From contig CAZINP010000001.1 of NCBI GenBank assembly GCA_964540635.1, positions 93,364 through 157,363 of the forward strand: DNA of 64,000 nucleotides, written 5' to 3'. Below, piece after piece: positions 18,004-26,397 of the stretch (position 1 is its first letter; the number at the start of each line of letters is the position of its first letter). Source of the DNA: an uncultured Gammaproteobacteria bacterium. Lineage in GTDB: Bacteria; Patescibacteriota; Patescibacteriia; Buchananbacterales; UBA6539. The notes beneath the pieces are model-generated. The model was given only the letters and a program-made list of their open reading frames with translations, did no database searches and had not been told where the DNA came from. A program made the position numbers and the translations under genes.

Positions 18004-18765
18004 ATGAAAAAAACCAAAATAAAATTGGCTTCCAGTCTGGCCGTCTTAACTTTATTTTTTTGTTTTTATCCAAATTTTGCAGCCGCCAAGGCGGTTGATT
18101 CTGATGCAGACGGCATAAGTGATGAAAAAGAAACAAGCTTTTTCCATACTGATCCAAAAAATCCCGACACCGATGGTGATGGCATTAATGATTGGCAAGA
18201 AATTCAAGACGGCTCTAGTCCGCGCCACGCTGGCAACGTCAGACTGTCTTCTCTGGATTCAGACAACGACGGCTTAATTGACAGCTGGGAAATAAGAATT
18301 GGCACCGATTTATTAAACCCTGATTCAGACAACGATGGCTATTCGGACTGGACAGAGGTCAAAAACAGCTACAACCCCAACAATCAAAACCGTGTTAAGA
18401 TCGAAAAACTGATTAAGGTTTCAATCGCCGATCAAAAACTGGCTTACTACTTTGGGAAAACCAAGCTTGATGAATTTAAAATCTCAAGCGGTGTTAGGGG
18501 TATGGAAACGCCACAGGGGGAATTTTCTATTTTAGACAAAGTGCCATCAAAAAATTACGGTGGGTACGGCTACAACTTTTATTACCCTGATACAAAATGG
18601 AATTTACACTTTACCACTAAAAAATATCGTTACTATATCCACGGCGCTTATTGGCACGACAAATTTGGCCAGCCGATGTCTCACGGTTGTGTTAATGTGG
18701 CCTACAAAGACATGGAAAAGCTTTACACTTTTGCCCAGGTAGGCACAAAATTATTGATAAATTGA
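18004..18765 (+). CDS. Secreted L,D-transpeptidase (YkuD domain) with thrombospondin-type-3-like Ca-binding repeats
   Basis: Signal peptide; four DxDxDG-type repeats (DSDADGISD, DTDGDGINDW, DSDNDGLIDSW, DSDNDGYSDW). Catalytic motif HGAYW...SHGCVNV. Confidence 0.65.
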   Translation: MKKTKIKLASSLAVLTLFFCFYPNFAAAKAVDSDADGISDEKETSFFHTDPKNPDTDGDGINDWQEIQDGSSPRHAGNVRLSSLDSDNDGLIDSWEIRIGTDLLNPDSDNDGYSDWTEVKNSYNPNNQNRVKIEKLIKVSIADQKLAYYFGKTKLDEFKISSGVRGMETPQGEFSILDKVPSKNYGGYGYNFYYPDTKWNLHFTTKKYRYYIHGAYWHDKFGQPMSHGCVNVAYKDMEKLYTFAQVGTKLLIN

Positions 18766-18786
18766 GATTTGTGGTAAAATCTAGCT

Positions 18787-20550
18787 ATGGAAATCACACA
18801 TAAAACTCTAGTCCAAAGCAAGGCCGAAAAGGCTGTTTTTGCTGAAATTAGCGAAAAACTAAAAACGGCCCTAGGCAAGGACTTTAATAAAAAATTTATC
18901 AGTATTGATTATCCGGCAAACGGGGTAAAGGCTGATTTTTGCGTGCCCTGTTTTTTGATGGCTAAAAAATATAAAAAATCTCCGGCCGAAGTCGCCAAAG
19001 ATTTAGCGGAAAAAATTACGGCCGGTGAAATTATTTCACGAACCGAAGCCGTTGGTCCATACTTGAATTTTTATTTAAACCCGGAAAAATTCAATCAATT
19101 GGTTCTAACCGAAATTGCCAAAGCCAAAGAAGATTATGGGAGCAGCAAAGTTGGCAAAAACGAAAAAGTAATGATTGAATTTTTTTCACCCAATACCAAC
19201 AAACCTCTCACCATTGGCCACTTGCGCAATCTTTGTTTAGGTGCCAGCTTGGCCGAATTAATGAAATTTACCGGCCACAAGATAATAAAATCAACAATTT
19301 ATAATGACCGCGGCATTGCCATTGCCAAGGCCATGGTTGGCTATCAAAAATGGGGTGAAAACAAAACTCCGGCTCAAGCAAACTTAAAACCCGATCACTT
19401 TGTCGGCAGTTTTTATATTAGATTTTGCAGCCAAGCCAAAGACGATCAAAATTTGGAAAAAGAGGCTCAGCGCATGCTTATTGCCTGGGAAAAAGGGCAA
19501 AAAGAAACCAAGGCCTTATGGCAAAAATTAATGATTTGGGTGCTTGACGGCTTTAAGGAAACATTAAAAAAATTAGGCGTGCCTTCTTTTGATGAAGAAT
19601 ACTATGAAAGCGAATACTACCAAGAGGGCAAAGAAATTGTTGAGCGCGGACTAAAAGAGGGGGTTTTTGTTAAAAGCCCTGAGGGTGTAATTTTAGCCCC
19701 GCTGGAAAAATACGGCTTGCCGGATAAAATCGTTTTAAGGCCGGACGAAACCGCACTATACATCACTCAAGATTTATACTTAGCTTATCTTAAAAACAAA
19801 CACAAGCTTGACCAATCAGTTTATGTCGTTGGTTCTGAACAAGATTTATATTTCAAACAATTGTTTAAGATATTAGAGCTGCTCGGTTTTGAAAAAGCAA
19901 AAAATTATCATCACTTATCTTATGGCATGATTCGTTTGCCGGACGGAAAAATCAAATCAAGAGAGGGCTTGGTGCCCGGAACCGGCGCCGATGACTTAAT
20001 GGCCGAGTTGGAAGAATTGGCGGCGGCCGAAATTAAAAAACGCGAACCGGAACTTGATTTGGCTGAGCTAAAAAATCGCGCCAAACAAATTTCTTTAGGC
20101 GCTCTTAAATACTATATCTTGGCCGTAAAACCTCAAACAACCATGGTTTTTGAGCCTCAAAAATCAATTGCCTTGGTTGGCAAAACCGGACCATATTTAC
20201 AATATGTTTTCGCCAGAATCAGCAGCATCTTTGCCAAAGAAAAAATTAAAAAAGTGTCAGCCAAAGTTGATTTTTCTGCCTTAACCGATGAGCTGGAATT
20301 GAATTTGTGCAAAACCCTATCACAATTTCCGCGCATCATAAATTCTTCTGTCCTTGAATATGATACATCAATTTTGGCCGGATATTTGTTTGATTTGGCC
20401 AAAGACTTCAGCTTATTCTACGAAAAATTGCCAGTATTACAAGCTGAGGCAAAAACCAAAGCCGCCAGATTACTCTTAATTAACGATGTTAAAATTGTTT
20501 TAAGTACCGGGCTTAACCTGCTGGGCATTTCTGCCATGGAAAAAATGTAA
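18787..20550 (+). CDS. argS: Arginine--tRNA ligase
   Basis: FSPNTNKPLTIGHLRN (HIGH region); size and C-terminal DALR-like region. Confidence 0.85.
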   Translation: MEITHKTLVQSKAEKAVFAEISEKLKTALGKDFNKKFISIDYPANGVKADFCVPCFLMAKKYKKSPAEVAKDLAEKITAGEIISRTEAVGPYLNFYLNPEKFNQLVLTEIAKAKEDYGSSKVGKNEKVMIEFFSPNTNKPLTIGHLRNLCLGASLAELMKFTGHKIIKSTIYNDRGIAIAKAMVGYQKWGENKTPAQANLKPDHFVGSFYIRFCSQAKDDQNLEKEAQRMLIAWEKGQKETKALWQKLMIWVLDGFKETLKKLGVPSFDEEYYESEYYQEGKEIVERGLKEGVFVKSPEGVILAPLEKYGLPDKIVLRPDETALYITQDLYLAYLKNKHKLDQSVYVVGSEQDLYFKQLFKILELLGFEKAKNYHHLSYGMIRLPDGKIKSREGLVPGTGADDLMAELEELAAAEIKKREPELDLAELKNRAKQISLGALKYYILAVKPQTTMVFEPQKSIALVGKTGPYLQYVFARISSIFAKEKIKKVSAKVDFSALTDELELNLCKTLSQFPRIINSSVLEYDTSILAGYLFDLAKDFSLFYEKLPVLQAEAKTKAARLLLINDVKIVLSTGLNLLGISAMEKM

Positions 20551-20553
20551 AAT

Positions 20554-20856
20554 ATGGAGAGAAGAAAACCATTTAATGATCAAGACGGTGAAAGAAACAG
20601 AATAATCAATGAACAGATTATTTTTGCACAAGAAAGTGGAAAACGTAATGGATTTGAAATAGGTCAAACCGTTGCCCACCCGAGCGATGATTTTGCCTAT
20701 GCCCTTAAAGAAATTAATGGCGACCAGGCTGTGGTTTGGTTTGGGCCGGGACGAGAAGATACGATCAAAATATTTCCACTGAATGAATTGTTTGACCCAA
20801 ATTTGTTAAAAAAAAGATCAATCATTAAAGATGCTTCCAAGCGTCAAGAAAATTAA
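20554..20856 (+). CDS. Hypothetical protein
   Basis: ORF only. Confidence 0.35.
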   Translation: MERRKPFNDQDGERNRIINEQIIFAQESGKRNGFEIGQTVAHPSDDFAYALKEINGDQAVVWFGPGREDTIKIFPLNELFDPNLLKKRSIIKDASKRQEN

Positions 20857-20877
20857 ATAACCATTAAACATAAAACT

Positions 20878-21057
20878 ATGGGAAAACCAACTGTTAACCA
20901 AGACACCTGCATCGGCTGCGGCAGCTGCGAATCAATCTGCCCGGCGGTTTTTAAACTTGAGGGCGGCAAAGCGCAAGTTATGGAAGCCGACTACGAAGCA
21001 AACAAAGAATGCATTGACGATGCCTTAAACTCCTGCCCGGTTGGCGCAATCAGCTAA
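20878..21057 (+). CDS. 4Fe-4S ferredoxin (59 aa; absent from the ORF track)
   Basis: CIGCGSCESICP plus a C-terminal Cys/Pro pair (NSCPVGAIS), typical of a small single-cluster ferredoxin. Confidence 0.7.
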   Translation: MGKPTVNQDTCIGCGSCESICPAVFKLEGGKAQVMEADYEANKECIDDALNSCPVGAIS

Positions 21058-21070
21058 CCAGACAAATATA

Positions 21071-21106
21071 AAAAAGTCCGGACTCAAGTCCGGACTTTTT
21101 TATATT
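21071..21106. terminator. Bidirectional intrinsic terminator
   Basis: Tandem palindromes agtccggact-ca-agtccggact flanked by A and T runs, between two convergent genes. Confidence 0.7.
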
Positions 21107-21109
21107 TTT

Positions 21110-21385
21110 TTATTCAGCCGAGAGTTCGGCGCTTTTCAAATCCATGACCGGAATTTTTTTCACGTTATCCGTCACTACCATTTTATCCTTGTCAATAGAA
21201 ATCACTTGCGAAAAATCAACAACCAATTGCTGCGAAAGCAAATCTTTAATCAACCCCGTTTTTACAAAAAAAGTTATAATTTTTCCGGTTTCAGCTTCCA
21301 TTTCAAATCCGGCAATCTTGCCCAAGGGCACTGAGCTTTGCGTAAAAACCGGCAAATTAATCAATTCGTGATTTGAAAGATTCAT
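21110..21385 (-). CDS. PRC-barrel-like small protein
   Basis: Weak resemblance only. Position is downstream of yidC. Confidence 0.35.
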   Translation of the reverse strand: MNLSNHELINLPVFTQSSVPLGKIAGFEMEAETGKIITFFVKTGLIKDLLSQQLVVDFSQVISIDKDKMVVTDNVKKIPVMDLKSAELSAE

Positions 21386-21390
21386 GTCTT

Positions 21391-22137
21391 TTATTTTATT
21401 TCAGTTGGATTGTTATTCTTTTTTTTAATGCCAAACATTAAATACTGCTGGGCAACGGTTAAAAGGGTCATGGCAAACCAATAAAGCACCAAGCCGGAAG
21501 GCAGAGAAAAACCGATAAAAAAAGTCATAAGCGGCATCATAAAAAGCATTTGTTTATTCATCATCGCCATCATATCCTCATCCTTTGCGCCTTCCTTATC
21601 TTTAATTTCTTTTGGCGGAGTTTTGGTTGAAAGCATTTTGGTCTGCCAAAACTGAGCCAAGGCGGTAATGCCGGCTAAAATTATATTGGGCTTGCTTAAA
21701 TCAAAAATGCCCAAAGAAATCGCATTCAGATGACCGGGATTGGAAACAAACGGATAAAGCAATTGTAGGCTTTCGGACTTTAAACCGCTGGCAAACACCC
21801 GATACACGGCAAACAAAAAAGGCAACTGAATCAAAAGTGGCAAACAAGATGACATCGGATTAACTTTATTTTCTTTATATAAATCCATCATTGCCTTTGC
21901 TTGTTGCTCCTTATTGTCTTTAAATTTCTTTTTTACTTCTTCAATTTTTGGCTGCAACTCTTGCATTGCCTTTTGCGACTTTATCGTTTGATGGGTCAGA
22001 GGATAAAGCAAAGCTTTTATGGCAATCGTTAAAATTACAATCGCCACCCCCAAGTCGTTGCCGGGAATTATATTATAAAGAAAAATCAAAGCATTAAAAA
22101 GCGGTTGAACAAGAAAGGTGGTAAAAAATTGAGACAT
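21391..22137 (-). CDS. yidC: Membrane protein insertase YidC
   Basis: YidC/Oxa1 core helices (MSSCLPLLIQLPFLFAVYR). Confidence 0.85.
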   Translation of the reverse strand: MSQFFTTFLVQPLFNALIFLYNIIPGNDLGVAIVILTIAIKALLYPLTHQTIKSQKAMQELQPKIEEVKKKFKDNKEQQAKAMMDLYKENKVNPMSSCLPLLIQLPFLFAVYRVFASGLKSESLQLLYPFVSNPGHLNAISLGIFDLSKPNIILAGITALAQFWQTKMLSTKTPPKEIKDKEGAKDEDMMAMMNKQMLFMMPLMTFFIGFSLPSGLVLYWFAMTLLTVAQQYLMFGIKKKNNNPTEIK

Positions 22138-22143
22138 ATAATT

Positions 22144-22377
22144 TTATTTTAGCGGATCGTGGCCTCCGGCAGAAAACGGATTGCAGCGCAAAATGCGATA
22201 AATTGCTTTCAGCGAGCCTTTCAATAATCCATATTTATTAATTGCCTGATAACCATACTCCGAACAGGTGGGATAAAATCGACAACAACCAAAAGGATAA
22301 CGTCTTTTTAGGATGCCGTGATCAGGAGAAATGGTGTTTTGATAAAGCCTAATAATTGATAAAACTAATTTCTTCAT
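22144..22377 (-). CDS. yidD: Membrane protein insertion efficiency factor YidD
   Basis: YQxxISPxxG...CRFxPTCSxY motif. Confidence 0.85.
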   Translation of the reverse strand: MKKLVLSIIRLYQNTISPDHGILKRRYPFGCCRFYPTCSEYGYQAINKYGLLKGSLKAIYRILRCNPFSAGGHDPLK

Positions 22378-22385
22378 AATTTGAC

Positions 22386-22727
22386 TTATTTTAGCAATTT
22401 TGCTTTGAAAATCAAATCAGATAGCTGGTCTTTTATGCCCTGAAAGTCTAATTCCAAAGCTTGGGCGTTTGCTGTCAGGACTAAATCATATCCAACAATT
22501 ATTTTGTCTAAATTTATCCTAAATATCTCTCTAATTTGACGTTTTAAACGATTTCGAACAACAGCTTTTTTGCTAACTTTAGCGGAAATTACAACGGTTA
22601 AACGTATTCGCTCAAGATCATTTTTTGAATACTTTAAACGGAAATAGGGAGAATACACGGATCTCCCTAATCTTATAGTCTTTTTTATATCTTTTTCTTG
22701 ATGTAGGCGGTTTTTAGCCGGCAACAT
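22386..22727 (-). CDS. rnpA: RNase P protein component
   Basis: Basic protein of 113 aa; RnpA-like RLKR motif; conserved position in the cluster. Confidence 0.8.
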   Translation of the reverse strand: MLPAKNRLHQEKDIKKTIRLGRSVYSPYFRLKYSKNDLERIRLTVVISAKVSKKAVVRNRLKRQIREIFRINLDKIIVGYDLVLTANAQALELDFQGIKDQLSDLIFKAKLLK

Positions 22728-22736
22728 ATTGAAGCT

Positions 22737-22874
22737 CTAAATACTCAAGCTTTTTCGACCCTTGGCTCTGCGTCTCTTAATCACATTTTTGCCGTTCTTT
22801 GTGGACATGCGTTTTCGAAAACCATGAGTCTTGGCCTTTCTGCGGGTATTAGGCTGATAAGTTCTTTTTGGCAT
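22737..22874 (-). CDS. rpmH: 50S ribosomal protein L34 (absent from the ORF track)
   Basis: The reverse complement translates to [45 protein letters not shown]. Confidence 0.9.
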   Translation of the reverse strand: MPKRTYQPNTRRKAKTHGFRKRMSTKNGKNVIKRRRAKGRKSLSI

Positions 22875-22974
22875 AACAAAAATTTATTTAACTAGCTAAT
22901 ATAGCATAACAAAAACAACCCAATATGTCAAAAGTAGGGGCTTGACCATTTCAAATAAAAATAATAATTTAATA

Positions 22975-23052
22975 TACACAGCTAATCCACAGGCTATTCA
23001 CGTTTAGGCACCATAAAACGTTTTTGTGGATAATTGGTTTGTGCTATAATAA
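22975..23052. promoter_or_regulatory. DnaA boxes (TAATCCACA, and TGTGGATAA which equals TTATCCACA) overlapping the dnaA promoter
   Basis: A perfect consensus box at 23025-23033 and a 1-mismatch box at 22983-22991. TGcTATAAT extended -10 at 23042-23050. Confidence 0.65.
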
Positions 23053-23122
23053 AAAAGCTAAAAATAAATATAAATTTTAAGATTTATATTTATCATTTAC
23101 ACTGAATATTTATCTAAATTTC

Positions 23123-24496
23123 ATGGAGGAAAATAAAATTTGGCAAGCCGCTTTGGGAGAATTAGAACTGGCTTTATCAAAAGCGAATTTTACCACTTGG
23201 TTTAAAAACACATTTATCTCATCCATTGAACCGGATCAGATTATTATTGGTGTTCCCAATACCTTTACCAAGGCTTGGTTGGAAAAAAAATATCACAGCG
23301 CTATCTTAAAGGCTCTGCAAAAAATAACCGGCGCCAGAATTCATAATATTATTTATCGCGTTGAAACCAGGCTTAAAGCTGACGGCAACGAACCGGCTGC
23401 TCCTATCGTTGAGGTTGAAGAAAAAATTATTGAAAAAACCCCAAGCCATACCGCTGAACTTTCTTCGGTAAATGAATTCGGCTTAAATGCCAAATACAAT
23501 TTTTCCTCTTATATTATCGGCAAAGCAAACGAACTTGCCCACGCAGCGGCTCTAGCAATTTCGCAAAGGCCGGGAACGGTTTACAATCCTTTATTTATTT
23601 ATGGCGGCGTTGGTTTGGGCAAAACCCACTTGGTTCAAGCTATTGGCAATCAGATTTTGCGGCTCTATCCGGACAAAAAAGTATTATACGTTTCTTGCGA
23701 AAAATTTACGACCGACTTCATTAAATCAATCTCCAGCAATCGGGCGGATAAATTTAAAGAGACTTATCGCTCGGTTGATGTTTTGTTAATTGATGATATT
23801 CAATTTATGGCCGGAAAAGACGGCACTCAAGAACAATTTTTTCACACCTTCAACGAATTACACCAATCAAACAAACAGATAGTTATAACCTCTGACAGAC
23901 CACCAAAGGCCATTCCGGCCCTTGAAAGCCGCTTGGTTTCACGCTTTGAGTGGGGGATGATTGCTGATATTTCTACCCCCGACCTAGAAACCAGATCGGC
24001 GATTTTAAGGGCAAAATGCCGCGAAAAACTCTGCGAGCTTGAAGAAGATGTTATAAACTATGTTGCAACCAACGTCCAAAATAACGTTCGCGAGCTTGAG
24101 GGCGCTTTAAACAAGCTTTTGGCCTATAATCAGCTTAACGGCACCATTTTAAACCTAGAAAACGTTAAAAAAATCCTTTCCAGTCTTACCTCGGTTTCAC
24201 GCAAAAAATCTACCACCCCAAAACAAATAATCAATGTTGTCGCTGAATTCTACGATATCGCCGTGGAAGATTTAATTGGCAGCTGCCGCAAAAAAGATCT
24301 GGCTGAACCCCGCCAAATTGCCATGTATTTAATGCGCGAGGAATTAAAAAATTCTTACCCAACCATTGGGCAAGAAATCGGCAATCGCGACCACACCACA
24401 GCCATGCACGCTTATTTAAAAATTTCCAACATTATTAATCAGGACGAAAAGATTAACCAAGACATAAAACTGATTAAAGAAAAATTGTATAACTAA
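23123..24496 (+). CDS. dnaA: Chromosomal replication initiator DnaA
   Basis: GGVGLGKTHL Walker A; C-terminal DNA-binding domain. Confidence 0.95.
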   Translation: MEENKIWQAALGELELALSKANFTTWFKNTFISSIEPDQIIIGVPNTFTKAWLEKKYHSAILKALQKITGARIHNIIYRVETRLKADGNEPAAPIVEVEEKIIEKTPSHTAELSSVNEFGLNAKYNFSSYIIGKANELAHAAALAISQRPGTVYNPLFIYGGVGLGKTHLVQAIGNQILRLYPDKKVLYVSCEKFTTDFIKSISSNRADKFKETYRSVDVLLIDDIQFMAGKDGTQEQFFHTFNELHQSNKQIVITSDRPPKAIPALESRLVSRFEWGMIADISTPDLETRSAILRAKCREKLCELEEDVINYVATNVQNNVRELEGALNKLLAYNQLNGTILNLENVKKILSSLTSVSRKKSTTPKQIINVVAEFYDIAVEDLIGSCRKKDLAEPRQIAMYLMREELKNSYPTIGQEIGNRDHTTAMHAYLKISNIINQDEKINQDIKLIKEKLYN

Positions 24497-24758
24497 TAAG
24501 CTTGGGATGAGTTGTTGATAAGTTAAAAAATTTTGTGGCCAGTTGTTTGGAAAAATTTGAGGATAAAATGAAAATCAACGGTGTATGAAAATCAGACAAA
24601 TTTAAAAGGTAAAATTTATCAAAAGGCCATCAACAATTATCAACAAAAAATATCAACAAGCAAATCTGTAAATCAGCCCAGTTTTAAAGGATAAAAAAAT
24701 TATCCCCAACAATCCACACCCCTTATTATAATAATAAATATATAAATAAGAAAATATT
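24497..24758. other. Putative oriC (dnaA-dnaN intergenic region) with a DnaA-box-like cluster and an AT-rich unwinding stretch
   Basis: Multiple TTATCAACA and TTATCCCCA variants on both strands. Run of aataataaatatataaataag at the 3' side. Confidence 0.55.
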
Positions 24759-25913
24759 ATGAAAATCTCCTGCACCCAAGAAAATTTAAATCAAGGATTG
24801 TTTGTTACCAGCCATATTGCTTCTAAGAGTACGGCTTTGCCAATCTTAAATAACATTTTGGTCCAGGCGGGAGTTAATGAAATTAAACTTTCAGCTACAA
24901 ATTTAGAGATGGGTATTACCTGTTTAATAAGGGGTAAGGTTGAGTCCGAAGGAGAGCTGACAATCCCTTCCAGGTTATTGGCTGATTATGTCTCAACTTT
25001 ACCAAAAGAAAGAGTTGACCTAACGGCTAATCAAGACGGAACCGACAGTGGCAGCCTAACCCTAACTGTGAAGTGCAAAAATCACTCAACAAAAATTAAG
25101 GGCCAGCCCGCGGTTGATTTTCCTCTTATCCCTCAAATTAATAAGGGCGAAGGATATTTATTAAATTATACTGAGCTTAAGCAAGCAATATCACAAGTTA
25201 TATTTGCAGTTTCAGCCGCTGAAACCAGGCCGGAAATTAATGGCGTTTTATTTAATTTTGAAAAAGATAAATTAATTTTAGCGGCAACCGACAGTTACAG
25301 GTTGGCCGAAAAAACATTGGCGCTTGATAAAAAATCGAAAGGAAGGGCTCAAAAAGTTATTGTTCCCACCAAGACGTTGCAGGAGTTATTAAGAATTTTG
25401 GGTAGTTTTAAGGATCCGGCGGCAATCTCACAACTTGATGAAATTGGCATTTATGTTTCAGAAAATCAAATTTTGTTTGTGATTGGCAGCATTGAATTAA
25501 TTTCGCGTTTGGTTGAGGGTCAATATCCCGATTATCAACAAATTATCCCTACCCAATCAAATACCATTGCCTCTGCCAGCACGGCTGAATTGATTGGGGT
25601 GACAAAAACCGCCAGCCTTTTTGCCCGCAGCGGAATTTATGATGTAAATTTGGAGTTCAGCCCGGAAAAGAAAGAAATAATTATCTCATCTGCCAATTCC
25701 CAGTTGGGTGAAAATATTTCAAATATTGGTGCCGAGGTCTCGGGCAAGGCTAATAATATCATTATGAATTATCGCTATTTACTTGATGGCCTTCAAAACG
25801 TTAATTATGACCAAGTTAAACTGGAGGTGATAGATGCAGCCAGCCCTTGCGTTTTAAGGCCGGCCCAAAAAGAAAGTGATTATTTGTATATTATTATGCC
25901 GATTAAACAGTAA
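24759..25913 (+). CDS. dnaN: DNA polymerase III beta sliding clamp
   Basis: Three-domain clamp of 384 aa, placed right after dnaA. Confidence 0.9.
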   Translation: MKISCTQENLNQGLFVTSHIASKSTALPILNNILVQAGVNEIKLSATNLEMGITCLIRGKVESEGELTIPSRLLADYVSTLPKERVDLTANQDGTDSGSLTLTVKCKNHSTKIKGQPAVDFPLIPQINKGEGYLLNYTELKQAISQVIFAVSAAETRPEINGVLFNFEKDKLILAATDSYRLAEKTLALDKKSKGRAQKVIVPTKTLQELLRILGSFKDPAAISQLDEIGIYVSENQILFVIGSIELISRLVEGQYPDYQQIIPTQSNTIASASTAELIGVTKTASLFARSGIYDVNLEFSPEKKEIIISSANSQLGENISNIGAEVSGKANNIIMNYRYLLDGLQNVNYDQVKLEVIDAASPCVLRPAQKESDYLYIIMPIKQ

Positions 25914-26043
25914 AAACAATAATTTAAACAGAGGCTCAGCCCCCGATTTGGGGGCTTTTTTTAACCCTTGACATAATCTAATTTTGTGATATTTTGTGTA
26001 TTATTAAAATTGAAGGCTCCAACCAAGGCAAAGGAGTATTTCT

Positions 26044-26307
26044 GTGCGCATAGTATATGTCAGTGACTCAAAGAGCCTTTTCGGACTCTTTCGTTGCACA
26101 AGTTGCAATCAAACATGGGCGCCGGGGAATTTGCCCAGACACATTAACTGTGTTGAAAAGCCGGACATTGAACTTGTGGTTGGCCCCGCGGCCTGTGGTG
26201 AACTTGAGAGCTGGGCCAAAAAACACGGTGAAGATGAACCCCATTTTTCCATGGGAATTTCGTTAAACGAGTTTCGCCGGCAAGTGTCAGAGTCGGCTAG
26301 GGTTTAG
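26044..26307 (+). CDS. Small high-GC Cys-containing hypothetical protein (GTG start)
   Basis: SD aaggag 7 nt upstream; CxxC...C...C. Own promoter around 25963 and terminator at 26315-26340. Confidence 0.4.
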   Translation: MRIVYVSDSKSLFGLFRCTSCNQTWAPGNLPRHINCVEKPDIELVVGPAACGELESWAKKHGEDEPHFSMGISLNEFRRQVSESARV

Positions 26308-26397
26308 TGAAAAATTGGTCTTTGTATTTGACTCGCTTAGGCGAGTTTTTTTATAACCAAAAAGCCCGCTTGGAGGCGGGCTTGCTTTTGATAAATA

